Shown: piece after piece, positions 29,644 through 39,894 of the stretch
Layout of the letters: each line of letters opens with the position of its first letter
How positions within the stretch are numbered: position 1 is the first letter of the stretch
Assembly (NCBI GenBank): GCA_963774265.1
Contig: CAVZDU010000010.1
Location: 96,001-160,000, forward strand
DNA: 64,000 bases
Direction: 5' to 3'
DNA from: an uncultured Chloroflexia bacterium
GTDB lineage: Bacteria; Chloroflexota; Anaerolineae; CG2-30-64-16
Notes under the pieces: model-generated
Seen by the model: only the letters and a program-made list of their open reading frames with translations
The model's database searches: none
What the model was told of the DNA's origin: nothing
Made by a program: the position numbers and the translations under genes

Positions 29644-31672
29644 TTACGATGGCGGCATTATACCGGCATCTCTCAGTAAGTCAAATCGCGAATAGGCGGG
29701 AAGGCGTTGCGCCACCAGGGCGATCAGCGTATCTCTGTAGCGAACCCCTTGCTCCCATTGCATGCCCGGCGACGTAGTCCGGCGCTCCAACTCATTGCGT
29801 CCGAAGATCGCGCTCGACACTCAGGCCCAAATCCTGGAGCAACCCGGCCAGTAAGTCGGCCGCAGCATTCATCTGCGCTTCCGTCGGCGCGGCCAGATCA
29901 AAATCCCCCGCGAGCGCCACTGCCACCCCATCTGCATCCACCGCAGCCAGCCGGGATTGGTTGACCCTCGCTTCAAGCCCCTGCGTCTGGTATGTCATTC
30001 CGTTGCCGGCGATCAGGTAGTGGTAGGCGATGCCCGTTCGACCACGCCTGATCTGCCGTCGGGCCAGCTGGGCAGGCGTCACATCTGCGGGTGTCGCAGT
30101 GTGGTGGATGATGATGCGGCGGATGTCACTCAGGGGCCGTTTTGGAGCGACTTTCGTCGCCAGCCGATCCATCTCCTCGCGAACATCCTGCAGGGTAGTG
30201 GCTTCGAATTCCCGCTCGATCGCCACTGACTCCACGCCGCCACCGGTCTCGGTTTCGAGGTTGTTGGCCTGCACCAACACCTGTGCTACCGCCTGTTTCG
30301 CCTTCGCCGCCTCGGCCCTCCGCCCTTCCAGCGATGCCAAACGTCCCTGTGCGCTGGCGATGTTCGCGCGTAGCGCATCCAGACCCTGAACCGTCGCCAG
30401 CAGGATGGTAACCTGTTGACGTAACGCAGAGATCTGGTTGCGCACCTGGGCCGCGTCGACGTTCGTCCCGGGCGACGGGTCGTTCAGCGCGGTCTCCAAC
30501 CCCAGCAGCCGGTCGAGCAGGCCTCGAACCTCCTGTGCCGTCGGTCCTGGCGCGGCAGTCTGGCCCGCGGCTGCCAGAGCGGCGCGCGCCTTCTGCAAAT
30601 CGCCGGTAAATGCGTCTGCCTGGCCGGCGGCCGTTCTCATTGCCGCCTGCACTGCAGCCACCCGGGCCCGCAGGTCTGTCTGTGGGTCTGAGGATGTCGG
30701 CGTGGGCAGCGGGGTCGGGGACGGCGTGCTTGACTCGCGCAGCGTTGCGATCTTGTCTATCAACAGGATTGGCTTTTGATCGTTGTCCTTCCCCAGGTGA
30801 CGGAACGTCTCCCACAACCCCGAGTGGCCCACCTGGTACAGGCACGCGCCCATCAGGTAGTCATCTACTGTCATCTGTGCGTTGTACCACTGCAGCGACT
30901 CCCAATACTGGGTCTCGGAGATGGCCTCTCCCGGGTATAACCAACCCACATCACCCGCCGGGTCGTTAGAATGGCGATACATGCGTGCCAGGCCAGCTTC
31001 TGTGATGATCACCTTGTGTTTGTTTCCGTGGCGTTCCCGGATGCCCTCGAGCAGGGTGCGATATAGCAGTGCGGCTGTGGCCGTCTCTGCCTTGGACATG
31101 AGCGTCGGCCACCCGTACTCGTGGAAGCCCAGGTAGGTGTAGGCCGCGAGGGAGCGAGGGAAATGGGCGACGACCTGATCTTTCGCGACGAAGTTGCCGG
31201 CCGCGAAGTTGAATGCCACACCCTCCAGGCCATCCGATCGCATCCGTTCGAGGAATGCGACTTGAAAGCGATCGAGCGCATCGTAGCGCGCCAGCGTTTC
31301 GGCGTCCGGCTTCCAGTCAAGAAAGCTTGCCGGCCCCCTGACTGGCTCATTCAGACTCATCCACGCGTCAATCAGCAGCCGGCCGTTGGCGCCCTTCTCC
31401 TTGGCGAGCTGGAAGTCGTGGTTGATGACGTTCTCGGCCAGTGTGCGGCCTGCGCCTTCCGGGTCGCCGCCGGTCAACCAGGCCGTCTGCTGGGGCAGGT
31501 CAACAAACATACGGCCAATAACGAAAGTGTCGGGCGAAAGCGTATTGCGGATATCACGCAGTAATCCCCGATCCCCCACATGGATGAGCAGCACCGGCGG
31601 CTTAACCTTGGCGAACGCTTCGCGCAGGAATTGGACGGTCGTGTTTTCGACATAGAATCCCAGCTTATTCAC
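29644..31672 (-). CDS. GH-A-like domain + coiled coil + Amidase_2-like domain protein; frameshift near 29812
   Basis: GTG start VNKLGFY; SLNEP, FHEYG and ITEAG motifs; IIIHHT...YHYLI amidase fold. Removing one base near 29812 restores AIFGRNELERRTTSPGMQW, homologous to the upstream paralog. The 3' end is uncertain. Confidence 0.75.
29657..29684 (-). promoter_or_regulatory. sigma70-type promoter of the lysine operon
   Basis: Minus strand TTGACT-16nt-TATAAT, about 30 nt upstream of leader 1. Confidence 0.75.
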
Positions 31673-34600
31673 GGACCTCACCCCTTTCTGCGCTCGGCTC
31701 CGGCACGAAAACCTTCGGCGGCGCTCCGTCACCCCCCGGCATCTGCCCGGGACCCCACATCTGCTCCCGTAGTGATGCTGAGTGGGAGGTGCTGGGTCCT
31801 CCTTCTTCCTTTTCCCTTCTTCCCTTATCATCGGGCGTCTGCCAGTCCTCAGGCATCGTCCATTCATCCGGGAAGATAACCTCATCTAGCCCTTCGTAGA
31901 CCTCAAGGATCTCTTTCGGCGCCATGCTCGCGGGCTGGGCCGGCGCACCGGGCCACGGAGTGCCCTTCGCTGCCAGTTCATCGAGCATGCGCTTCGTATC
32001 CTCCTCATCCTTGCCCTCCAGCCGGTATACATCGATGCCCGCCGCACTCAGACGCGCCTCGTCCTGGCCCGACACGCCTGCTGTCCCACCGACGATCACG
32101 ACATGTTCTGCCAGAAACGCATCGCTAAGGGCGAAGCCCGCCGTTGGACGGAAGCGGGCAATGTAGCCCTGTGCGCTACGCCAATCTGCCTCAGCCCACG
32201 CATCGCCGTGATCCCAGAACAGCAGATACAGTTCCTTTCGCTGCCCGATGCCCCCAGTCCCGGCTGCTGTCTGCGCCGATTTCACTTCTTCGAGCAATTG
32301 GGGATGCCAGGTAAGGCCCGTCTTCCAGTGCTCGCCCGGACACACAGTCGCCTGAGGCCAGACGTCCCGATGTCCCTTGATCTGCTCGATCGGGATCTGG
32401 TACTCCTGCATCAACCAGGCAGCCAGTTGTCCCGCGCTCCGCAACTGTTGCGGCGTAGGAACTTGATCCTCGGGTGCGCGGTCCGTGCCATCGTAGTTCT
32501 TTCGCATGAACCGGCCGATCAGGCTGATGGCGACCGAATAATCATTCGGATCGCCACCCACGTGGTAAGAGCGGGTCGTTTCGCGCTGTCCCTGGTAGAT
32601 CACGCCATCCGGGCCGACCATGAAGTGATAGCCCACACCGGGCCATTGCGCCTTGACGATGTTGCCGCTTGCGTCCTTCCGCTCACCATAGACATGATAT
32701 TCGGCGATCTTCTGCACCATCATCGTCTTGGGAGTGTCTGTGTGATGGATCACGATCATCGAAATGGGCCGTGTGCGTGCGCCGTAGGGCGGCAGTGTGG
32801 GATGCTGGGGCAGTTTGTCGACCATGTCCACGATGGCCGGCCTGGCCACCCGACCAGTCGTGTTGTCGGCCAGCAGCGCACGCAGGCGTTCGACCTCCGC
32901 CGTCTGGCTGGCAAGGGTCTGGTCCAGTTCGGAGATGTGGGTTTGAAGTGCCGCAACCTCGGCGACCTCTGCAGTCAGGCCAGGGGCCTGGCCATTCAAA
33001 GTCGCAATCTGCGCGTTGAGCGCGGCAACCTGTATCTCCAGCTCCGCGATTCGTTTCTGCAACTGCTCCGGCGCCGATTCATCCTTCGGCTTCAACAACA
33101 AGGCAACTTTTGCCAGCAGGCTGGTCTTGTACTGCGCGCCGCCGAGCCACTGATCGCCGGGCGATGCCGTGGTGTCGACCTCCCGCCGCCCAATTACGGC
33201 TTCTGTTGTCAGGCCGTACCTCTCCAGCAACTGTGCGACCAACCGGGCTGCGCTGGTCATCTGTGTATCGGTCGGAACAGCCGTGGTGAAATCTCCGGCC
33301 AGCGCAACGCCGACTGCCACACCGTTCACCGTCACAGCGTTGGTTTGTCCGGTGACGACGTCAAGCGCTTGCGTTTCAAATATCGTGCCGTCTGCTGCAA
33401 TCAGGTAGTGATAGGTGATCCCGGGAAGACCCCGCGCAACCATTGCCTGCGCCACTCTTTCAGGTGAGATATCGCCTGGCGTGACCGTATGGTGGATCAC
33501 GATACGTCGTATGACGGCTGGATCGCGACGGGGGTATGGCGTGCCGGTGCCGGCCGGCAGGTGACCGATCCTATCGACAATCTGAAGCCCGCTCGGTGCG
33601 GGTTGATGGCCCAGAAGACCCTCCAAATCCTTGATCTGGGCGCTTAGCGTCTCGAATTGGCTGCGCAGGTCAGCAGGCCTGGCGGCAATCGCCTGGGCGG
33701 AGTACCCTTCGGCCTCCTTTGTTAGCGCCGCGGCATCCCCGGCCACTTTCTTCAGCGCATCGAGGGTGGTTTTCTGGGCTGCTGTTGCCTGCTCTAGCTC
33801 AGTCACCCGGCGTGTCAAAGCGGCCCAGGGGGCTTCCGTCGCCGTCCATTGGTATCGTGGACCGAATGCCTGGCGGAAATCATCGATGACGCCCGCCTTG
33901 CCTTCGATGCCCCAGCGGTCATTGGGAACCTGAGGCCAACGATAGAGAAGCAGTGAGCGGATCTTCTGGGCGTTGGCTCGGTTCCACGCGTCGATCTCGG
34001 CATAGGCGGCGCGAACCCAGCCGGTGTTGGCGTTGTCCCACGCCTGATCCCCCTGATTGCTCTCCGTGATATAGACGGGCAGGCCGCGCATGGCCTGGGG
34101 AATCGCCGCCATGAAGTCCTGGTAGGCCCGGAAGTGATAGCGTAAATGTTTGAAGCGGGCATCCCCCATGCGCTCGTCAGATGTGATCAGCGCTGGCGCC
34201 CCGCCGTGAGTATAAGTGTGCAGTGTGATGCCATCCAGGTTGCCGGCGCCAATGGCGGTCAGGATATCCGTGAAGTACTTGACCCAGTCGCCGTTCGGGT
34301 TGGCAGGGTAGGTGAGCAGGATATTCCATGGCGCTGGTGCGCTGACGAGAACCTGGTCCTGGCCGTGGCCCGCCACGGCCCTAATCGCCGTGCGGCACTG
34401 CTTGTAGCACGAGGCGTAACGCGCCGGCGTGATCTCCTCGCCGCGCTTGTCGGGGCTGACCGGAGCCGGCCATCCCGGCCCCCAGTTCCACTCAGCCCCT
34501 GGCCACTCGATGGGGTGATTCGTCTCGTTACCGAGGATCCAGATGTGCGCGCCGTGTGAGGCCGCCACAAAGTTCGCACAGCGGCCGGCAAAGTCGGCAT

Positions 34601-34838
34601 AGTCGCGCTCGAAGGAGATCGTGCCCCCCGGGTTGTAGGCGTTGTTGAGGCGGACAATGACACCCAGGTCCCGATCCGAGAAACGCCTGTAGTCGGCGCC
34701 CGAACGGTCATTGGGGTCGTGCCCGATCGCCTCGGTCACCAGCACCCAACCGGGTGTGCCCACATCGAGCATAGTCTGCTCGCCGCCCGAATCGTGTAAA
34801 CCGTAGATAAACGGCGAGTCGCATAACGGACGAGGCAT
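31665..34838 (-). CDS. GH-A-like domain + two N-acetylmuramoyl-L-alanine amidase (Amidase_2) domains joined by coiled coils
   Basis: LGNETN, LHTY and YITE motifs; two IVIHHT...YH domains, the second with GHRD...CPG; a C-terminal VVIVGG...RLEG segment resembling cell-wall-binding repeat 2. Confidence 0.8.
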   Translation of the reverse strand: MPRPLCDSPFIYGLHDSGGEQTMLDVGTPGWVLVTEAIGHDPNDRSGADYRRFSDRDLGVIVRLNNAYNPGGTISFERDYADFAGRCANFVAASHGAHIWILGNETNHPIEWPGAEWNWGPGWPAPVSPDKRGEEITPARYASCYKQCRTAIRAVAGHGQDQVLVSAPAPWNILLTYPANPNGDWVKYFTDILTAIGAGNLDGITLHTYTHGGAPALITSDERMGDARFKHLRYHFRAYQDFMAAIPQAMRGLPVYITESNQGDQAWDNANTGWVRAAYAEIDAWNRANAQKIRSLLLYRWPQVPNDRWGIEGKAGVIDDFRQAFGPRYQWTATEAPWAALTRRVTELEQATAAQKTTLDALKKVAGDAAALTKEAEGYSAQAIAARPADLRSQFETLSAQIKDLEGLLGHQPAPSGLQIVDRIGHLPAGTGTPYPRRDPAVIRRIVIHHTVTPGDISPERVAQAMVARGLPGITYHYLIAADGTIFETQALDVVTGQTNAVTVNGVAVGVALAGDFTTAVPTDTQMTSAARLVAQLLERYGLTTEAVIGRREVDTTASPGDQWLGGAQYKTSLLAKVALLLKPKDESAPEQLQKRIAELEIQVAALNAQIATLNGQAPGLTAEVAEVAALQTHISELDQTLASQTAEVERLRALLADNTTGRVARPAIVDMVDKLPQHPTLPPYGARTRPISMIVIHHTDTPKTMMVQKIAEYHVYGERKDASGNIVKAQWPGVGYHFMVGPDGVIYQGQRETTRSYHVGGDPNDYSVAISLIGRFMRKNYDGTDRAPEDQVPTPQQLRSAGQLAAWLMQEYQIPIEQIKGHRDVWPQATVCPGEHWKTGLTWHPQLLEEVKSAQTAAGTGGIGQRKELYLLFWDHGDAWAEADWRSAQGYIARFRPTAGFALSDAFLAEHVVIVGGTAGVSGQDEARLSAAGIDVYRLEGKDEEDTKRMLDELAAKGTPWPGAPAQPASMAPKEILEVYEGLDEVIFPDEWTMPEDWQTPDDKGRREKEEGGPSTSHSASLREQMWGPGQMPGGDGAPPKVFVPEPSAERGEVRE
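31797..31824. repeat. heptamer tandem array inside the 3' end of the amidase gene
   Basis: tcctcct|tcttcct|tttccct|tcttccc. Confidence 0.55.
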
Positions 34839-34938
34839 GTTCGCACCTTCCCTATTTCGGTTGAAGCAATAACGGAACTATTATAGCACAACCACAGTGA
34901 TGAGGGAAGCGGGATGCGAAGCTCGGCCTAATGTGTTC

Positions 34939-36210
34939 TCAGGGCGATCGTTGGCTCCCCCAGAAGTAAATGAGCATGTCGTCCAACACTCCGCGCCAGT
35001 TGCCCCAGGAGTGGCCGTCGTTGGTCTCGACATATTTGAACGGATAACCCTTGGCCCTCAGCACACCGAGCAGATGGTGCGTGTTCTTTACATCCAAGTC
35101 AAAGGCTCCCTGGCTGACGAACAGTTTGATGTCCTGCCGCTTACTTTTTTCGAACTCAGCCAGGACCGCGGGCTTGGCACTGTAATAGGGTGACAAGAGG
35201 CCGATATATGCGAACCATTGGGGCTGACGCGTAGCAGAGTAGGTGGCGTGCAGTCCCCCCAGGGACATTCCCACCAGGCCGCGCGCTTCGCGCAGGGGCC
35301 GGGTGGGATAGTGGCTGTCGACCCAGGGGATGAGCTCCTTCGTGATAAAACCCTGGAAATTGGGATTAGTGAGCAACTCTGGGCCGCGACGGTTGTCGCC
35401 CGTGTCACTCAGGCGCGGGTCGATAAACACTGCCATGACCGGTTGGATCTCCCCGTCCGCGATGAGGTTGTCGAGTATCACAGGCAGAGAGCCCATGGCC
35501 GGGTTGGCATACTCATGACCATCAGTCACGTAGAGCACGGGAAGATTCTTGAGCTTTTCGTAGCCTGCCGGCGTATAGACCTGGACGCGCTTGGCATAAC
35601 CCAGGTACTTGCTGTTGAGTACAAATGGTGTGCTAAACGTTCCTTTAGGTGTCTCCTTGCGTGACACTGTGGCCCCTGGATAGACATAATCGGGCATGGT
35701 CAAGACCGAATTCGGCCCATAGCCGCCGAGCTGGGTGAGCGGGTTCAGTGGATCATTACGTTGCCGGCCGTCGACTCGCACTGTGTAATCGAAGCGAGCG
35801 TCAAGCGGGAAACGGCGCTGCGCGGTCCAGATGTCGGTCTTGCCCACTCGCTGTCCGGCTAGCGGCTTGCCAGCCTGCCAGATCGTGAAGTCGCCGATCC
35901 AATCCACAACAGCAGCCTGTCCTCGATAAAGGAATACCGCCGTGTCACCAAAGACGAGCGGCATCTGACCGAGGGCGACGACCTGGCGCCACAAGACATC
36001 GGCCTGCGCATCGGTCGTCGCGCCCCCCAGGCGGGTTTGTAGATCCGTGAGAGTTGGGAAGGGCAGTTCTTTCAGTTTCCCCGTGCGGTCGAAGAAGACA
36101 GCCGCCGGGAGGATTTCAGAGCTCGCCTGCAGGGGCGACAGCAGCATCCCACACAGCAATGTGCTGCACACCAGCACCGTGAGGGTGTGCAGGGTTCGAG
36201 ATTGTAACAA
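34939..36210 (-). CDS. secreted esterase (enterochelin esterase-like alpha/beta hydrolase)
   Basis: Signal peptide; DPLNP, VYTPAGY, GMSLGG nucleophile and GHSW motifs. The TTG start is inferred. Confidence 0.8.
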   Translation of the reverse strand: MLQSRTLHTLTVLVCSTLLCGMLLSPLQASSEILPAAVFFDRTGKLKELPFPTLTDLQTRLGGATTDAQADVLWRQVVALGQMPLVFGDTAVFLYRGQAAVVDWIGDFTIWQAGKPLAGQRVGKTDIWTAQRRFPLDARFDYTVRVDGRQRNDPLNPLTQLGGYGPNSVLTMPDYVYPGATVSRKETPKGTFSTPFVLNSKYLGYAKRVQVYTPAGYEKLKNLPVLYVTDGHEYANPAMGSLPVILDNLIADGEIQPVMAVFIDPRLSDTGDNRRGPELLTNPNFQGFITKELIPWVDSHYPTRPLREARGLVGMSLGGLHATYSATRQPQWFAYIGLLSPYYSAKPAVLAEFEKSKRQDIKLFVSQGAFDLDVKNTHHLLGVLRAKGYPFKYVETNDGHSWGNWRGVLDDMLIYFWGSQRSP

Positions 36211-36281
36211 GCCTTCACCTTTACTAGCGATAGAAGTCGATCCACCTGAGCGAGAAATGATCTGGAGCCTCGTCCATGACT

Positions 36282-36563
36282 CTACTCCTTGGCTGGCTTT
36301 TCCCCGCGTCCGCGCAGGGCCGAATTTAGCTCCTTGCGGCCAAACACCTCGGGTTTTGCAGGCGCATCCCCAGTCGGGCCTGCAGACGCACCTGAAGCAT
36401 CCCGAGCCGCGCCTGCAGAGCGCACGGCCGGCGCGGAGATGCGTTTCTGAACGTCCACGCCCTCGCATTGCGGACAGGCGACAGGCGTCGTGTCACTCAT
36501 GGATGAATGCCAGTGCTCGAAGGACTCGCCGCACGCGCGGCAGGTGTACTCGTAAATGGGCAT
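36282..36563 (-). CDS. FmdB-family zinc-ribbon protein
   Basis: MPIYEYTCRACG...CPQC...KRIS. Confidence 0.85.
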   Translation of the reverse strand: MPIYEYTCRACGESFEHWHSSMSDTTPVACPQCEGVDVQKRISAPAVRSAGAARDASGASAGPTGDAPAKPEVFGRKELNSALRGRGEKPAKE

Positions 36564-36608
36564 GGACCTCTCCGCTCCTATGAAGATGATTGCACTAGAG
36601 TAAACGCG

Positions 36609-38204
36609 TTATCGCCCCATCACTGCAGTCGCGAACCTTCCCAACTCCCGGATGCGGAGCACGATGCACACGCCCAAGTAAACCAGAATCCCTGCCGTTC
36701 CTGCGGCCGCCAGCGTAAGCAGATTGCCCAGCCCGGAGCGCTCTCCCATAACCGACACGCCCATGACCGCAAGAACCATAATTGCCGTTGCGCCCAGCAC
36801 CCGAACCAATTGGGCCAGCGTCTCTCGTCCCTCCACGCCGCCCCAGCGGTTGCGCAGGATAAGCAGCAATGCCAACACCTCGAGCGTAATGGCGATCGAG
36901 TTTGCCAGCGCCAAGCCGGCGTGACCGAGAGGCCGCATGAGGACGAGGGCAAGGATGATGTTGAGAGCTGCTGACCCCGCTGCCAGCAGCAGGGGGGTGA
37001 TGGTGTCCTTTTGAGCGAAATAGGCGCGCGCAGCCAGCTCCAGGCAGGTGTGTCCAGCCAACCCCAAGGCGTACATACGCAACGCCTGGTACACTTCCTC
37101 TGTCGCTGCCGCGTCGAACGCGCCGCGCTGATACAGCACCGCCAGCAGCGGTCGTCCCAGTAACACGAGCGCTGCCGCAGCCGGGACGGCAAGCGCAAGT
37201 ACTGTTCGCAACGACTCGCCAAGCGTGCTCCGCAGCCCGTCTCGGTCACCACGAGCGGCCAATTCGGCGAGCGTAGGGAATGCCACCAGCCCGAATGCTG
37301 TGCCAATGATCGTTTCGGGCAATTGCATGGCATCCCAGCCCCATTCCAACGCACTAACGCTGCCGTTCCCAAGGCGCGAAGCGAGATTGGTTGTTGCCAG
37401 CAGGGTCAGGTGGAACACGCCCAGGTCAAGCACGCGAGGGCCCATGAGAATCGCGACCCGCCGCAGGCTTCCATCTCCCAGGCGCAAGATCGGCGACCAC
37501 CGGAACCCGTACTTGACCAGTGCCGGCACCTTGATCAATAGGTGTAACACGGAGCCGATCACTGCACCGACGGCCATGCCACGGACACCCATTGTGGGGG
37601 CCAGCCACAGCGCACCCGCCGCGATGCCCAGCGGATAGACGGCAGGAGCGAGGGCCGGCAGAAAGAAGTGCTTGAGCCCGTTCAGCGCGCTGCCAAGAAC
37701 GGCTGAGACGCCAAAGACGACCGTGGAGACAAGGACGATGCGCATCACGGCGGTGGTTTCGGCCTGCTGACCGGGGTCGAAGCCCGGTGCGATCACGTGG
37801 CGGACGATGAGCGGTGCCAGGAGAGCTGCGAGGAGCGCAAGCGAGCTGACGATCAGCACGACCCAGTTCAGGACCGCAGCGGTGAATCGCCATGCAGCTC
37901 GCCGGTCCGCGCCTGTGTTCACAGGACTGCTTGGCGTGTCCTGTTGATCTCGGCTCGCAACGGTATCGGCGAACACGGGGATGAACGCCGTAGCGAGTGC
38001 TCCGCCTGCTACGACGGTGAACAGCAGATCGGGAAGCTTAAAGGCTGCGTAGTATGCGTCGAGCTGCGTTCCGATGCCGAACGAAGACGCGATCACGGCG
38101 TTACGGAACAGTCCAGCCGCAGCCGCCAACCCAAACGAAGCCGCCACAATCAACACGTTGCGCGCGATGTGGCGGCGGGTATCGGAGCTACTTAACTTTG
38201 TCAA
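36609..38204 (-). CDS. murJ: MurJ/MviN-family flippase (copy 1)
   Basis: LDAYYAAFKLPDLL, GALATAFIPVF, QLPE, RGAF and DTITP motifs. Confidence 0.88.
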   Translation of the reverse strand: MTKLSSSDTRRHIARNVLIVAASFGLAAAAGLFRNAVIASSFGIGTQLDAYYAAFKLPDLLFTVVAGGALATAFIPVFADTVASRDQQDTPSSPVNTGADRRAAWRFTAAVLNWVVLIVSSLALLAALLAPLIVRHVIAPGFDPGQQAETTAVMRIVLVSTVVFGVSAVLGSALNGLKHFFLPALAPAVYPLGIAAGALWLAPTMGVRGMAVGAVIGSVLHLLIKVPALVKYGFRWSPILRLGDGSLRRVAILMGPRVLDLGVFHLTLLATTNLASRLGNGSVSALEWGWDAMQLPETIIGTAFGLVAFPTLAELAARGDRDGLRSTLGESLRTVLALAVPAAAALVLLGRPLLAVLYQRGAFDAAATEEVYQALRMYALGLAGHTCLELAARAYFAQKDTITPLLLAAGSAALNIILALVLMRPLGHAGLALANSIAITLEVLALLLILRNRWGGVEGRETLAQLVRVLGATAIMVLAVMGVSVMGERSGLGNLLTLAAAGTAGILVYLGVCIVLRIRELGRFATAVMGR

Positions 38205-39600
38205 GCTCGTCCTGAGCGTCTTGGTAGCTGGGGCGGAGCTTTACAGCTTGTTGTAGCGAGGCCTTCGCACCCGCCAGGTCCCCGAGAGCTTTCTGAGAGA
38301 GACCCTTCCAGAAGAAGAGCTCCTCATCGTTTTTGGCCGTCTTGATGGTCGCGTCGGCCAGGCTGATGACCTCCTTGTGGCGGCCAACCTCGTAGTAGGC
38401 GCGGAAGGGTCCGAACTGGTACCAGAGCATACGCCAGGGCAACCTGATACGCCGAGCCGTGTCATATGCCTGTGCAGCAGCCTTGAAGTCGCCCAGCGCC
38501 ACGTAGTCTGTTCCCAGGTTGAACCAGGCGAAGGGATCCTTGGGGCTCGCCTGCACTTCGATGAGATCCTCGGCCAGCCCACGCTGCCACATTGCCGAGT
38601 CGCCCACGTCGGTGCCGAGGGCGGCCTCCACTGCTGCCGCCCGCGCCTCATCGTAGATGACTATGTATGTGCGACCGAACACCTTCCACAGCTTCTCGAA
38701 GCTGTCGTAGGGCAGCCTGACGCCGGCGTATGGCTCCCCCTTCTTGATGCCGTGTGAGTCGTAGGAATCGTAGGCGATCCAGGTTTTCGCCGCATCATCA
38801 TACCCGACGATCAGGCGGTAGTGGCCCATGCCATCGTTGGGCTTCGGCTCGTACCAGGTCTCGACCAATACGGGGATGCCCGCGGCGAGCAGCGCCTTAA
38901 GTCGAAGGGCATCGCCGTTGACCCGGACGAGAGCCCGCAACCCTTGGGAGGCCGCGAACTCAGCCAATTCGTCCGGGCTGACATTTTTGTCGTCCTTTTC
39001 GGGCCGCAGTGCCGCACCGATCTTGTCTTGCCCGACTTTGATGCCGTAATAGCTGAGGTGCATGGACAAGGTGGCTGGACCGCAATTGTTCCAGGTCTGC
39101 CAGGTGTGGGCTAGGCCGTCCAGGAGCTTTGTAGGCGGAAAGACGGGAGTCGGGGTCGCGGTCGGCGCGGGCGTTGCGGTGGGGGCAACCTGGGCGCCCG
39201 CCACAACGACGGACCGTTCCGCATCAGTCGGTTCGACCAGGGCTGCGAGTTGAGTCCGGCCTCTCGCGCGAGACGGGTTGGCAGGTCCCGCCGCGACGAT
39301 GAGATGGTTGATGTCGGCTGGGGATGCTTCGTCACCGTCATTATGCGTCGCCCCAGTGGGCAGGGGCAGGGCGCCTGCGAGCGCGCCAAAATCGACGTCA
39401 CCTGACGGCGAGGAGGCCAGGTCCTCGGGCGTTGGGACGTATTCGGGGTGCGGCTGTTCGACCGCAAACTCTGCCCGCACCCGGCGGACTAAGCCATCTG
39501 GCCCACCGTAGCGATGCAGGGCCAGGGTCGTGATCACGACGCCGGAAGCTATGACCAATATCACCAGGCTGCCGGCGACGAGCAGTGTTCTTCTGCGCAA
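38188..39600 (-). CDS. membrane-anchored C39-like peptidase with C-terminal TPRs
   Basis: N-terminal TM helix, QTWNNCGPA (Cys), GHYRLIVGYD (His) and TPR motifs. Confidence 0.8.
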   Translation of the reverse strand: MRRRTLLVAGSLVILVIASGVVITTLALHRYGGPDGLVRRVRAEFAVEQPHPEYVPTPEDLASSPSGDVDFGALAGALPLPTGATHNDGDEASPADINHLIVAAGPANPSRARGRTQLAALVEPTDAERSVVVAGAQVAPTATPAPTATPTPVFPPTKLLDGLAHTWQTWNNCGPATLSMHLSYYGIKVGQDKIGAALRPEKDDKNVSPDELAEFAASQGLRALVRVNGDALRLKALLAAGIPVLVETWYEPKPNDGMGHYRLIVGYDDAAKTWIAYDSYDSHGIKKGEPYAGVRLPYDSFEKLWKVFGRTYIVIYDEARAAAVEAALGTDVGDSAMWQRGLAEDLIEVQASPKDPFAWFNLGTDYVALGDFKAAAQAYDTARRIRLPWRMLWYQFGPFRAYYEVGRHKEVISLADATIKTAKNDEELFFWKGLSQKALGDLAGAKASLQQAVKLRPSYQDAQDELDKVK

Positions 39601-39894
39601 TTGTTGTTTACCTGATATCCACGGATTTGTCGGCAGGTTTGTGACGTTTAGTGCAGCACCATAGTTCCTGTGAGCCCTCGAAGATCATCTGAAGCCAAGG
39701 ATAACACCTTGAGACCATTCGCGCAACCGGACCGGGCGCTTCCCGTAACTTTCGTTACTGAAGCGGCCATTGCGCCACACCCCTCAATTACGGCTCTGAC
39801 GCATATTGTGCTACAATCTCCCTACAAGGCTCTGGCTTTTGCGCCCGAGCCTGTTTTGCGCGAGTCAAGATCGTCGTTCCCAGGAGACACATTC

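Noticed and set aside
29284-29660. Lysine riboswitch or T-box in the lys leader
   Set aside because: I saw no L-box or T-box consensus. The two leader ORFs and their terminators account for the region.
29644-34838. Prophage endolysin cassette
   Set aside because: No holin, structural or integrase genes are adjacent, and the flanks are housekeeping genes.
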